Shown piece after piece: positions 1 to 15,224 of a stretch of 64,000 bases of DNA. Under the pieces are notes generated by a model. The model did no database searches. It was not told where the DNA came from and saw only the letters and a list, made by a program, of their open reading frames with translations. A program made the position numbers and the translations under genes. The first letter of the stretch is position 1. Every line of letters begins with the position of its first letter. The stretch is from Eledone cirrhosa (lineage: Eukaryota): NCBI GenBank assembly GCA_964016885.1, contig OZ024740.1, positions 258,912,001 to 258,976,000 on the forward strand, read 5' to 3'.

Positions 1-43
1 TCATACGTCCTACCGCATACGGACGCTTTAAGCATCCAACACC

Positions 44-47
<4 letters not shown>

Positions 48-130
<83 letters not shown>
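48..130. repeat. (TA)n microsatellite, representative of dozens of such arrays in the window
   Basis: Pure TA dinucleotide run. Similar arrays at ~545-625, 1405-1614, 3887-4238, 9372-9427, 10580-11665, 31390-31912, 59445-59680, 61595-63210. Confidence 0.99.
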
Positions 131-141
<11 letters not shown>

Positions 142-540
142 ATGTATATGCATGTGTGCATTTGTATGTATATGCGCGGGGACATAGAAATAGTCGGCTT
201 GGATACCCGATCGCGCGGTTAAACCACTGGGAGTGAAGGACCCCTAGCCTTTATCAGGGCATTCTTCTAAGAGAGGACAACTCAGGGAACTGGGATAACT
301 CCGACATAAAACCTGCGGCTCAATAGTTACCGATGATGTTGATCTTTTCTTCTTTTTGGTTTATAGCTACTGTCGCTCTGACTGTGGGATTGGCTCAGAG
401 CACAGTCTTACCTCTCTTTAAAAAATATCTTCACGCACAGGCATTGCACGATAGAATTAATTAATAATGGTATATCGTGCAATGGCCATACTCGATTACC
501 TGGGGGCATCCATCATTGTATTTATATAACAAATTAATTG

Positions 541-1615
<1,075 letters not shown>

Positions 1616-1689
1616 GTTGCGTATAATGGTAGCTGTGGTGCCTCCATAGGCGGTATGCCAAAATTAACACTCGATATTCAGCAGAGAGA

Positions 1690-3608
1690 GAGAGCAATGG
1701 ATTCAGGAAACAATGTGGGACCTGATTGATGAACGAAAGAAGGTGAAAGTTGAGCGATATTCTGCCAGATCGGAGGAAGATCGGGTGAAAAGAAATGCCG
1801 CATACCGCCAAATTGTCTGACTAGTAAAGCGAAGCTGCCGGCGGGACAAACGCGTCTGGTTGGAGAAAAAAAGGTGCTGAAGCGAAGGAAGCTGTTGGTC
1901 GTAATGACACGAAAACACTGTGCCGCATAGTGAGGGATTTGACGGAAGTGTTGAGCAGTGCCTACATGTCATTGTAGGACAAAAATGGCAAGACATTGAC
2001 CACTGAATCAGAACAGAACCAAAGATAGAGCACTTCCGGGAGACACTGAATTAACCAAATCTAATCGATCTGATAGACTTGACCGCAGAAACTCCAACAA
2101 CCACTGCGGAACTCAAGGTCTGCGAGGACCAAATAACCAAGCAGAAGAGAGATGTGATCAGCGACTTGAGAAACGACAAAGCAGGCGGGCTGGATGAGAT
2201 CTCTACAGAGTTACTCAAATTCTGAGGATAGCATGATAACGGCGTTGACAAACTTGATCAACCACTGCTGGTGGGTTGGTCGAGTTCCTCTTGAGTGGCA
2301 ACGCGGTGTCATCGTCAAATTGCCGAAGAAGGGAAACCTGGCCGACTGCAACAACTAGCACAGCATCACATTGCTGTCAGTCTCAGACAAGGCGTTCTGC
2401 ACTGTGCTGCTGCGTCGACTCTGTGCTCAAGGAAGAACAAGCCGGCTTCCGAAACACCCGATCTTACACTGAACAGATCTTCACTCTACATAGCATCCTC
2501 GAACAATGCGTTGAGCCCCCTTTGGCGGTAAACTTCACTGATTTCAGGTTTTTGACAGTGTGCATCAGGAATTGCTGTGGAACATCGCGCACTCGCACGG
2601 CATTCCTGCAAGATTCATCGCCATTTTCAAACTCCAGCTGCTGCGTGAGTCCGGTGTGACAGAGTTCTTTGACATTGTCTCCGGTGTCAGACAGGGTTGC
2701 ATTCTCTCTCCGTTGTTGTTCCTGTTATCAGTCGATTCCGTGCTAAGGCGGAAAGAGGAAGGACCCGGTCGAGGAATCACATGGTGAGGCCAGTCGACGC
2801 TGAGGGACCTGGCATTCGCCGACGACATCGATTTGATCCCTGAAGAGAGTGCAAATCTGCAAGCCCTAACAACATCCCTGAAAGCAAGTGCGAAAAAGAT
2901 CGACCTGAGAATCAACAGCAAAATGACCAAGGTGATAAGGACAGCCAAACAACACAAATCCAGTGGTCAGAGTCAACCAACAAGACCTGAAGGAAGTCGA
3001 TCATTTCACCTACCTGGGTGACCTAGCAAACAATGGTGACGCAGAGTTCGACATCAACTGTCGGCTCGGCAAAGGAGCCGCAGTTTTCCAGCGGTTGCGC
3101 CCAGTCTTCTCGTCGTCATGCATCAGCACCAGGATGAAGCTGTACATGTACTAGAACATCGTGCTGCCGGCAGTGCTTTACGTGAGCAAAACCTGGAAGA
3201 GCACGGCAAAGAGAGAGAGAAGGCTGAACGCTTTCCACCAGCACTGCCTTCGAAGGATCCTTTGTGTGTCCTGGCACGACTGAGTGCGAAATGAGGAAAT
3301 CCTGTGGATAGCCGAGTCGTGGACGCTACGGAGGATGGTCACGGAGCGCCGGTGCCGCCTGGCTAGCCATATTCTGCGCCTGCCCGACGAACGACACTTG
3401 AACCAGTGATGAACTGGACTCGACCTGGCGGCAAACGGAATCGGGGTTGCCCCAGGATCACCTGGCGACAAATATTCCGAAAAGACCTGATAGCAGCTAA
3501 CACCACTTGGCACGGACGTGAAAAAGCCGGCGCTGATCGAGACCGTTGGCGAGTACTTACTGCTCGATGTGCCGAACGGCGCCGAAGAACCTAAGACTAA
3601 GACTAAGA
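1690..3608 (+). mobile_element. RTE-clade LINE, 5'-truncated and degenerate
   Basis: Broken frames contain EEQAGFR, SGVRQGCILSPLLF, LAFADDI, EVDHFTYLG, LNAFHQHCLRRIL and KRNRGCPRITW. Ends in a short tandem tail (CTAAGA)3 at 3591-3608. Confidence 0.9.
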
Positions 3609-3884
3609 TACAACAAAAATGCAAGCCATATTGAGCCAGACGATACTATCCGATACTTCCGAATCTCCCAATAACGTCCCTGATCCGAAATTAATTGAAA
3701 ATAATAAATATAAAAAAGTTAACAAAGCCTTTCGTCTTTCGTTCTAGTTTTCTTTTCTAATGTTCTATCTTCTAATTTTCACTCGTACAACCTTATCGCT
3801 TTTATCACATTTTGTTGCGTTAATATTTACCGCTACCTCTGACTTCCTAAGCATATACATATAATATGTAAATCATATATACTC

Positions 3885-3931
<47 letters not shown>

Positions 3932-3945
3932 AATCATATATACTC

Positions 3946-4242
<297 letters not shown>

Positions 4243-4592
4243 GTGTCAGTGTATTATTCAATTAACTTTCTCGTAAACTATATTCATTATATAAAATGTG
4301 ATTATATGTACATGATGTCTTTTATGAATAAATTAATTTTAGCAATCTTATGTTTTAAAATCACACTAAACATGATATTCACTTTTTTTTCCTTCAGCAT
4401 TATCATCAAATATTTATCTACATCTTCGAAAATGTCACTCTCCAAAATACACATTATTAAGAAAGATATGAGGAACGATGTCATAATTTTTTTTCGGTTT
4501 TTTTTTTGTCGTTCGTATTTCGAAATCTAGCTGTCCATCTTCCTATTTATGTCTGCCTAGATATCTATGTATATCTACCTGATTATCTAAAT

Positions 4593-6910
4593 ATGAAGAC
4601 TGCGTGGTCAGAAGTAAATCACGTGCTCTAGGAAACAAGGGAGCAAAAGCTGTTAGCTGGGCCCGAGTGACGGACGCGTGCTACTTAACCTCAAGCAAAT
4701 GTGAGCGGCCTTTCCACAGCACTTTGCGCGACTGTTTGAGCAGAACGACAGTGAGCCGAACGGGGCAATGGACTTTAGTTCATATCTCGACGGCCTGCCG
4801 CGTCTCTCGAACAGGGACGCCGAGTTCTGCGAAAGACCGATCACAGCCACTCAGATACGGGACGCTCTGGGCCGCTGCGGGAAACGCAAATCACCCGGTC
4901 TAGATGGTCTACCCTATGAGTTTTACATAGGCATGCCGGACTTGTTCTCTGGCGTCCTCGAAGCCGTCTACTGCAATTGGCAGCAGAACGGGACAATTCC
5001 CAGATCTGCAGGCAAGGGCGTAGTAACGCTGATCAGTAGTAACGAAATAAACAATTTCAGACCCGGAACTCTGCTCAACACAGAGTTAAAGATTTTGACC
5101 AAGGTGCTAGCAACGATACTGGCGCTTGTCGTCGAAAACCTGGTAGGGAAAGCGCAAACGTGTGCAATCCCTACCAGGTCCATACACGACAACCTCCATC
5201 TCATGCGATACATCATAGAGAGGGTTGGGTGTAAACCCGGCTTCGGTAGGGCTCTGATCAATTTAGATCAATTTAGATCAATTTAGATCAGGCATTCGAT
5301 AGGGTCGACCATCGATACTTGGAAGCGGTTCTCAAGGCGGCTGGTTTCGGTCCCGATTTCAGGGGCTGGATCAAGGCGATGCACACCAGCATCTGCTCGA
5401 GGGTCAAGGTGAACGGCTACCTATCGGAGCGGTTCGCAATCACGCGTTCCATTCTACAGGGATGCCTTCTCTCCTCCATTCTGAACGTATTGACTCTAGA
5501 GCCACTACTGCGGAAGCTGGAGCTTTTGCAGGGCATCCCTTTAGAACCGGGACTGCGAAAGGCGGCTTCGGCTTATGCCGACGACGTGATGGTAATAGTG
5601 TCGAAAACCTCGGAAATCAAGGTAATCGGCAACCTACTATAGGAATACGAAAGATTCACAGGAGCAAAACTGAACCCGAACAAGTCTGTCGGTTTGCAAC
5701 TCGGAACGTGGAGAGGCAAACCGATGCCGTCCGACAGCGTCGTCGGACACTGGACAGAAGGACCGGTGAAATTGCTCGGGGTCTGGTTCAGTCCAGACCT
5801 CCAGGTGGAGAAAAACTGGAACGAGGTCATTGCCAAGGTATTTGCGCTCACCTAGAAGTGGGCAGAGTGCAGACTGTCTTTGAAAGGTGGGGCGGAGATG
5901 GCGAACACTTTCATAGTGTCCGTCATCTACTACCGCTTGACTGTCATGTCTTGTCGCCGTGAATACCGCACATTGAATGCGCCCAGGCGCTCACAGTCCT
6001 CTGTCAAGGGCAGCAATCAGTGGAGACTCCACTTCGATATTCTATAGAGTACTTTACAAGTACGACGACGAGCTCGGGGAGACTCTAGGCGTCGAAGACG
6101 ACGAGCTCATCAGTCTGTTCCGTAGGACTTTCCGCCCGAGACCTATGGACAACTTCCAGAGGTCCCTGGCCTGGCAGTGCTACCGAGGAGCTCTACCCGT
6201 TCGAGATAAGATCTACAGGCACGGACGCCCCGGCAGGGATCCTTCCAAGAGAACGTGTCCAAGATGCGAACAGGACATTGAAACCGTCTTGCACGCAATT
6301 GTACACTGCCCGGGCGTAAGCGACCTATGTAACTATGCAGAATAACTGCTGTCGCATATGGGACAAATCCAGTTGACTGCCGAGTCCATAGTAAGGATCA
6401 AACCGCCAGCCTCTTTCAAAAACGAAATAGAGGCGGTTTTCCTCTGTACAGTGGCTATGGTGAAAGAGGTTATATGGTGGACGAGATTGAGAGGACTGAG
6501 GACAGATGCCTTTCTCTCCGGACAACAATTGATTCCCTTCTTTAAGTATCATTTTAGAAGGAGAATCAGGGTGGAGAGAGAGACACTGCAGCCCAGTAAA
6601 TTTACTGAAAGGTGGGTGAATGAAGCGAAAATGGCCCGAGTGATTGGGATTTCTCTGTTTATAAGCCTGTAGGTTAAAGAAAGGAGCAAAAGGAAGAAGG
6701 GAGCACTTGTACAACACGCTCCTGAAGTTGAGGGTTGTTCTATGGACGGGGTATTAAACAACCGATTTGTGGCGCTTTCCCCCTATTGGGGATTTCGATT
6801 GTTATAATTGTTTGTTTCAATAAATTTTACACGACTGTATGTAAAATCCCCGGCATATGTCTTTGTATTGTCCCCTTTTCTTGTGCGCCCTTGTGGCAAA
6901 TAAAGAAATA
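4593..6910 (+). mobile_element. Tx1/L1-clade LINE, 5'-truncated with internal deletions
   Basis: KSPGLDGLPYEFY, LLNTELKIL, AFDRVDH, QGCLLS, YADD and C-terminal CPRC...HAIVHC. AATAAA near the 3' end. Same family as the copies at 49.5-57.5 kb. Confidence 0.93.
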
Positions 6911-6935
6911 TATCTATCTTATTCTCTCTCACACA

Positions 6936-6975
<40 letters not shown>

Positions 6976-7069
6976 TATGTTTCTGTGTCTATATGCATTT
7001 GTATATATAAGAAAACAAATACATAAAATGAATAATGTGAATTCATGTTGAAAATAAGAAAGAAGAAAA

Positions 7070-7890
7070 AAAGGAAGAAAAAATTAAGAAAGATGTGTTA
7101 AAAAATATATGCCATTGCAAATGGGGGAGAAGAGATAACACGTTCGTCACATTATTATTGATAAACTTAAGTAAATTAACAAAGAGATGACAAAACAAAA
7201 TGAAAAACAATTTTTAAGGGGGAAACCTTAAAAAATTTGTTTTTTTAAATATAAATACAAACGAATGAGACAGAAGTCCATGGTCATCGTCCGTTGAGAT
7301 GGACTTTGGCAGTTTTGACCCCTACCAATGGTACTGTTTGGCTACCCGGGGTCACAGCGTCTGACGTGAGCCAAACGCTGTCCAGTGGAGAAAGAGACGA
7401 GAGACGAAACATTAATTTATAACATTTAAGCTAAACACACAGAGACTTGTGTGTGATGTCAGGGAAAAGGTTTGGTGGCACACGTGGCATGAGACATGAA
7501 TGAAACAAAGAAAAAAAAAGCAAGTAAAAAAGCAAGAATGTAAGGTATCGTATTAAAACAATTGTAAGCTAGTGCAATAAATGGCGGGGTAAGAGATAAC
7601 ACATACGTTACATTCGTATTGATAAACTTAAGAAAATTAACAAGACAACGAACGGAAACAAAACAAAACGAAAAACAATTTTTTAAGGGGAAACCTTGAA
7701 AAATAAAAATACAAACGAAGGATACAGAACTCCAGGGTCATCGGCCGTTGTACATCTCAAAGGAGTTCTCTGTCCTTCGTTTGTATTTTCATTTTTTAAA
7801 TAATTCTTTAAGGTTCCCCTTTCTACCTTCTACCCCCACTTATTGCAATGGCTTACATTTTCTTAACACAATATCTTACTTTCTTCTTCT
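7070..7890. repeat. Two diverged direct repeats plus an inverted copy, pLTR-like arrangement next to a PLE remnant
   Basis: ~7100-7296 is similar to ~7555-7750. 7762-7890 is the reverse complement of the same unit (e.g. aaatacaaacgaaggatacagaactcc vs ggagttctctgtccttcgtttgtattt). Confidence 0.75.
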
Positions 7891-7899
7891 GTTATATCT

Positions 7900-8855
7900 A
7901 GTCTAGTTTGTGGTGTGGTTGCTCTACTGTTGCTAGCGTGTACTCGGGCCCTATCTTCTTCTGTGTGTTCATTTATGGGTTTCGTTTGGTGTTGTGGGAT
8001 CAATTGTTTTTCTTTTTTCATCCGAGTTATCTTTCTTAGCTGATCTATTATTATTTATTTTTCATACTAAGTTTTAGTTGTTTTATAATCTAATTTCCCT
8101 GTATGCTTATTAAATATCCTATGGTACCTGTGTTGTTTAGGAAAGTATTTATCAATGGTTTTGAAAAAAAGGTAGGCTACATTGGTTTGTAAATTTGCTG
8201 AAAATGGTAGGTTATACCATGTTATTTCCCTTGATCTGGTTCTCTTTTTTCTTTTTTGTCGGGTTATCTCATGACTTCCTACATTCGTGTTTGTTATTGC
8301 ATTAGGTTTATCTTTCGTCCTTTTGGATCATTTGTTATTTGTCATGTGTTTTGGTTTGCCGTGTGTATGCTTTATGTTGTGCTGTTTTAGGTCATTTGGT
8401 CTGTTTGGTTCTAAGTTTTGTCCTCCTTTCCTAGATTCCTTGAGATGGTTGTGATGGCAGGTCGACCAAGTTGAGTTTGTATGCTTTGAACTATTGGTGG
8501 GGTGTTTTGTATTCCTATTCTCTCCGTATCCTAGTTATCTGTAATGTGTAAATATTATCTTTGGTTCTACTTCGAATGCCGTTATCCATTTTGTTATAGG
8601 TGTTGGTATGTTTGGGACTATATTCCACTTGGTGCTGGCTTTGGTTTTTGTGTTGATACTTTGTATGTTTGTTTGTTTGTTTGTTTTTTCTAATAATGTG
8701 TGATAAAATACAATCAGGAGTCTATTGTAATTCTTCCCTGTATCCTGCCTTTGTTAATGCTTTATTTTAGTATTCGGCATCGTCAATAAATATCTGCCGG
8801 TTTAACGATGGCATGACATACGCTGCGAGATATTATTGACACTGCCCTTAGTTAT
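7900..8855 (-). mobile_element. Penelope-like element remnant (RT thumb/linker), Naiad/Neptune-type motif set
   Basis: Minus strand gives ITKGSVNNISQRMS, IFIDDAEY*NKALTKAGY and RSREITWYNLPFSANLQTNVAYLFFKTIDKYFPKQHRYHRIFNKHT, matching the PLE WFNPPYS...F..LIDKHFP...KIFN motif. Confidence 0.8.
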
Positions 8856-8892
8856 ATATATATATACATAAATACATACAAATATATATAGA

Positions 8893-8960
8893 ACCAATGT
8901 AGGTAGGAAATTCTTAGCACTCCTAGAAAAACACTTCCCCAAATCTAGGCCATACGGAAA
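8893..8960 (+). mobile_element. Short PLE fragment
   Basis: Translates as TNVGRKFLALLEKHFPKSRPY, the same PLE linker motif. Confidence 0.6.
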
Positions 8961-9240
8961 TTGTCTTGTGGGCTGTGCATTGAGCAATGAATAAATATCT
9001 TGCAGAAGTTACATAACAGCACCTGTCTAAATACAAAATACAATTTCTATAAACGATGTCGCACGCTGAAACGTACCTATTACGTAACTACAAGGACCCA
9101 GACTAATTTCATCCAAAAGTGTCCCAGACTAATTTTATCCAGAATGATCTCTATTGTCTCACTTTCATCAGTCAAACTTGAGTTGTCCTCCTTGTCGACT
9201 ACTTCATATAGACTTCCGTTTTCCTGCTATGAGCCATCAC

Positions 9241-9279
9241 TTGAGTTGAAAATCCGCTAGGTGAAACACGTGTCCTCGA
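9241..9279 (+). ncRNA. Minimal type I hammerhead ribozyme, U3-A8 core variant
   Basis: UUGAG-UUGAAAA-U-CC-GCUA-GG-U-GAAAC-ACGU-GUC^CUCGA. Helix I 5 bp, palindromic helix III/loop (ACACGUGU). Confidence 0.65.
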
Positions 9280-9368
9280 ATATGGTTTGCTAGCTGTTAT
9301 GTAACTAACAGTATACCTAACTTGTCCTTAGAACTAAGTGCTACGGACATAACCTTCCAGTGTGATAC

Positions 9369-9435
<67 letters not shown>

Positions 9436-9707
9436 TATGTGATTATACATATATGGGTTTATATATGGAGAGAGAGAGCGAGTGGGTAATAGTTGGATAT
9501 AAGGATACGTCCCTAGATATTGATAGGTAACTATATAGATGAGAGATACATAGTTACATAGATAAATAGGATTAATAAACAGATAGATCGAAAATAGATA
9601 CATCCAACTACACATACATACATACATACATACATACATACATACATACATACATACATACATACATACATACATACATACATACATACATACATACATA
9701 CATACAT

Positions 9708-10345
9708 AATATGAAAGAGTACTGGTGAAATGTTCCAGTAAAAACTCCAATAAAATGCAGACATAACAGACCAGATATAATGATATGGGACAGGGAGAAG
9801 AAGGCATGCACAGTAGTGGAAGTTGGCTTCCCAGAAGATGCCAATATAATATCAAAGATTAGTGAAAAGGAGAATATTTATGCAGAACTGATGAGAAATC
9901 TGCAGATACTCCACCCTGATTACACCTTCAGATTTATGCCTGTGATTATTGGGGCACTGGGGTATGTTAGTAACTGCCTCAATAAAAATGTTGACAAGCT
10001 AGGCTTCACAGGAACAGAAAGAACAGAACTAGTTAGGAAATTACAAGTACAATCCATTAATGGAACAGTAAAAAATGTAAAACATTCCAAAAATGTTGCA
10101 TCTAATAACTGCATATACACATGTACAGATGTAAAGCATATACACATGCACACATACAACTCAAAACATACACATCCACACATACAATAACATCCATATC
10201 TACACATGCATGCCTACATACATATCTACCTAGTTGATGTTGTGTAAATTCCGTGAGAGAGTCTTGTATCTATGTTAGAAACCGACTTTCTCTCTATTTG
10301 GAAAAAAAGAAATTGTGAAATTATAAAACCAGAAGAACATACATA
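9708..10345 (+). mobile_element. R4/Dong-clade RLE LINE 3' fragment (family 2) flanked by (TACA)n
   Basis: HNRPDIMIWDREKKACTVVEVGFPED...KENIYAEL...PVIIGALG (PD-(D/E)xK nuclease). 3' UTR ends aaaaccagaagaac followed by TACA repeats. Confidence 0.88.
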
Positions 10346-10579
10346 CATTACATACATACATAAAATCAGACATGCATGTATACATATATACATACCGAGA
10401 TAAATTATTTTATATATATATAATAAACAAATATAAATGCATATATAAAACAATAACAGAATTTCCTCCTTAAAGAATTATTTGTCGAAGAAGCCTAAGA
10501 AGACATTTATTAAATTTTCGTGACAGGAGACTTGTATGTAAGGTAGGATAATGAAATGGATATATCACAATAAATATTT

Positions 10580-10610
<31 letters not shown>

Positions 10611-10834
10611 ATGTAGATATATATATATAAATATATATATAAATATATATATAAATATATATATATATGAATATGTCTAATACATATATATATATTTATA
10701 TATATATATAATTATATATACATACATATACATATATATTTATATGTATATATATATTCATATATATGTATATATATATATATATATATATACATACATA
10801 TACATATATATTTATATGTATATATATATTCATA

Positions 10835-10889
<55 letters not shown>

Positions 10890-11051
10890 ATATATATACA
10901 TATATAAATATGTATATATACATATATACACACATACGTATATACATATATGTATGTATATATATATATATACATATATATACATATATATATAATATAT
11001 ATATTTGTGTATATATATATATACATATATATATACATATATGATTATATA

Positions 11052-11119
<68 letters not shown>

Positions 11120-11123
11120 TGAT

Positions 11124-11169
<46 letters not shown>

Positions 11170-11215
11170 GAGATATTTGTATATATATATATATTTATAT
11201 ATACATACATATATG

Positions 11216-11255
<40 letters not shown>

Positions 11256-11275
11256 TATATTTGTATATATATATA

Positions 11276-11392
<117 letters not shown>

Positions 11393-11407
11393 ATATATAT
11401 ATATATT

Positions 11408-11461
<54 letters not shown>

Positions 11462-11499
11462 TATAGATATAGATATAGATATATTTGTATATATATATA

Positions 11500-11563
<64 letters not shown>

Positions 11564-11564
11564 C

Positions 11565-11598
<34 letters not shown>

Positions 11599-11599
11599 G

Positions 11600-11646
<47 letters not shown>

Positions 11647-13000
11647 GATTATATGCATATATATATATGTGTGTCAAGGCCAGTTCGAATTAAAACAAAA
11701 TTTAGACAAAGAAAGGGAAAAAACTCCAACAAAAAGTTTCCATATAATGTTACATTAAATACAGACACATCCACGAAGGAATTAAAATAAAATCGCCCAT
11801 GGAAATATTTTGATAAAAGAGATAACGTAAAGTACAGAGCATGAATGAAAGAAATATCTGTAAAGAATATTACAAGAGGATTAGATTAATTCTAAAATAT
11901 AAATAATAGGTATAAAAGCTATCAGCTGTCTCCGCGATGAATTATTGCTTTAATAAAATAAACTGAGAATGAAGTGAATTGAAAAACCTAGATGAAAAAC
12001 AAGATAATGCGAAGATAATGGCGGCGTTGGTAACAAGATGGAAAAGGTCTTACCCAATTAGAGAAACATTGAAAGATATCTACAGGGAGCTGGCAGAAAT
12101 ATTTATAAGCATTTTCTCAAATAATACATAGATGAAATTATATTTTATATTTGTCATTTGTTACTACTTAGTGTTTATAAAACTGGTATAAAACAGAGTT
12201 TAGGAGTAAATAAAAACAGGAGAAAAATAAAACAAAACCAAGTAGAGAAAAGCATATTTGAACGATTAAAAATGAAATAAAATATGGAAGAATAAAAGAA
12301 GAAACGATGAACATTATATTGGTAATCACAGTTTAACCACTGTCAAATAAGTAAATGCTGATAGGACAGAGCTGCAACAACGGACAAGGTTTATTATATT
12401 GGTAATCACAGTTTAATTGCTGCACGGAAATGATATATTTATAATAGATAGCTGGAACTTCGGCAAAGAATTTTAAAATGTAACTGGTTATATTAAAGTG
12501 TTCTTCAATATAGGACGTGTCATGGACATTTAAATATGTTAGAGCCCATTGTTCTCTAGGTCTTAATATGTCCGATTTCTTCCAGAGAGAAATAGACATT
12601 GAGGAAGAATAGATTGCAGGGATACATTGATACTTTGTTTAAAAACATAGAAAGTTAACAGCGGCGGGATTTCAATGGCAAGGCTAGCGCCGACATGCGT
12701 CTATGGTAAATGACACGTGCTCAAAGTATCCCGCAATGGGATCGAACACGATACCATATAATTTGAACTAGCTAGAAGGATAAAGGCATTTTATCCGATT
12801 ATCAAACAACTTTGCCAGAGTTTAGAAAAAGGGAAAGAACCCTATAGTTTTGACAGAGGCACAGGGGCGCTAACTTGAAAGACGGTGTGCCTTGCACATT
12901 TTCAAAACAAGTAGAGACCATCCTTCTACACGTGAGAACATAGCTAGTTTCTTCCAGAGAAATATAGCGGGAAAGACAAGGCGGAGGAAGTATCGACACC

Positions 13001-13140
13001 AGTACTGAACTGGCACTTTATTTATCGACCTCGAAATAATGAAAACAAAGTTAACCTCGGCGAGATTTAGACTCAGAGCTCAGTGAGGTGGTACAAATAC
13101 AGACATTCTTTCTAACGTTCTAACGTCTCTGGCACTGCGG
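13001..13140 (-). mobile_element. tRNA-derived SINE, family A (partial)
   Basis: Reverse complement of the gaggttaactttg...ggtcgataaa...accagt core shared by more than 10 copies in the window. Confidence 0.7.
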
Positions 13141-13569
13141 AAGTAATGCTGTTTAATTAAAGACTTCTCTCGAATATCATCTGTGATTCGCTATATTAAT
13201 TCTTTATATCATATCTTCCAGAAGGAGATTGGTTTGGTCAGTTTAATCTCTGACATAACGACATCACTGTCACGCTGTCAATTACGTTCAAAGTAATAGA
13301 CATGACATACTCTCTAACTCTTACTTCCTCTTCCTCTCACATTATCTTTTTTTCCGCTATACACACACATATACTCATACACACACATATACTCATACAC
13401 ACACATATACTCATATACACACTCACCGATGAATACACACAAAAACGGAGACACACAAACATAGAAGTACACATTCACTTACAAGCACATATACATAGAC
13501 AGACAGAACGACACACGCATATATACACGTACAGACAGAGACACCCTTACAGAAACACATAGACATACA

Positions 13570-13577
13570 TACACACA

Positions 13578-13635
<58 letters not shown>

Positions 13636-13754
13636 TACACACACACAGGTATATATATATATATATATATATATAGGGATTGTAACATCAAGTTACTGTT
13701 GGTTCACCAAATTGAACACTCGATGCTTAGCACACACACACACAGACACACACA

Positions 13755-13817
<63 letters not shown>

Positions 13818-13921
13818 ACACACACACAGGTATATATATATATATATATATATAGGGATTGTAACATCAAGTTACTGTTGGTTCACCAAATTGAACACTC
13901 GATGCGTAGCACACACACAGA

Positions 13922-13960
<39 letters not shown>
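13570..13960. repeat. Tandem duplication of a ~60-bp unique core between (CA)n and (TA)n arrays
   Basis: agggattgtaacatcaagttactgttggttcaccaaattgaacactcgatgc occurs at ~13675 and ~13854. Confidence 0.9.
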
Positions 13961-14469
13961 GCGCGCACATAGGTACACATTTAATCGTTTCTTTCTGGGA
14001 CTCAATGTTTTTCTAACGGCTACCCTTGACAACTTCTTTATTATATATTAGACCAATTCCATTCTGAATTGGCGGCAAAGTGGCATGAAGCCTTTCTGTA
14101 AAGCACCGAACCATTCCGTAAAGTAGTCGGCCCGACAGAGTTTGTGTTTCTGATTAGCAATTGTCACAGCATCTCTTCGTGTTTTTCACTTCTTTACATT
14201 GAATCTAATGCCGACTGTCGGACACAAGAATCGGTATATGATATGATATAGGAAGCGGGATGTATAAAGTAGAAAATATACACGTCTGTAAGACTGTAAC
14301 AACTGTAACAATTGAAGACCATTCAGTAATGCTGTGTGACAAATACAAATGAAAAGCCGTTAAAACATTGACGCATTCACTAATCGATGGAAACCCACTT
14401 AATCAGGGTTTTTGACGGCAGACCAAACAAACCAGCTCCTAGATTTCTTCTCTACAAACAACGTCATAA

Positions 14470-15186
14470 GCTCTCTCCTCCTCCTTTGTCTTTTCTCATA
14501 TCATTTCTCTTCTTCTTTTTCTTCTCCTCCTCCTCCCCTCCTCCTTCTTCTTCTTCTTCTTCTTCTCCTCCTCCTCCCCTCCTCCTCCTTCTTCTTCTTC
14601 TTCTTCTTTTTCTTCTTTCACTTTTTCTTCTTTTGTTTGTTTTTCTTTTCTTTTTATCTTTATCTCTTATTTTTCCTTTCTTCCGTTCATTCTTCGATAC
14701 ATTTTTGTTTTGTTTTTTTAATCTTCTTCCTGCGTTTGTTACTGTTGTTTTTACTGTTGTTGTTGCTGTTACCTTCCTTGTCGTTGTTGTTGTTGTTTCG
14801 GTCGTGGTGGTGGTGGTTGTGGTGGTGGTGGTGGTGGTGGTGGTGGTGGTGGTGGTGGTGGTGGTGGTGGTGGTGGTGGCGGCGGTGGTGGTGGTGGTGG
14901 TGCTGATGGTGGCGGGGGTGGTGGCAGCGGTGGTAGTAGTGGTGGTGGTGGTGGTGGTGGTGGTGGTGGTGGTGTGGGGTGGAGTGGGAAGGAATATTGA
15001 TGTCAGTAGCAGTAGTATAATTTATAGACAGTGACGGTAGTAACGAGAAATAAATATCTGCTCACTACCATTATCATCATCACCATCACCATCATCATTA
15101 TCATCAATATCACCATCGCAATTTACCAACATCATCATCACCATCATCATCACAATCACCATCACCATCAATATTATCATAATCAC

Positions 15187-15224
<38 letters not shown>

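Noticed and set aside
190-260. Minus-strand CTGATAA...GGCT/AGCC stem, and a 12-bp hairpin at 442-484
   Set aside because: The GAAA half of the hammerhead core is absent. The hairpin alone is uninformative.
11760-12310. Possible very old LINE remnant (purine-rich, Dong-like fragments)
   Set aside because: No motif could be read with confidence.
12313-12416. 24-bp direct repeat with a 56-bp spacer (CRISPR-like spacing)
   Set aside because: Only two copies, eukaryotic context and no cas genes. More likely a TSD or local duplication.
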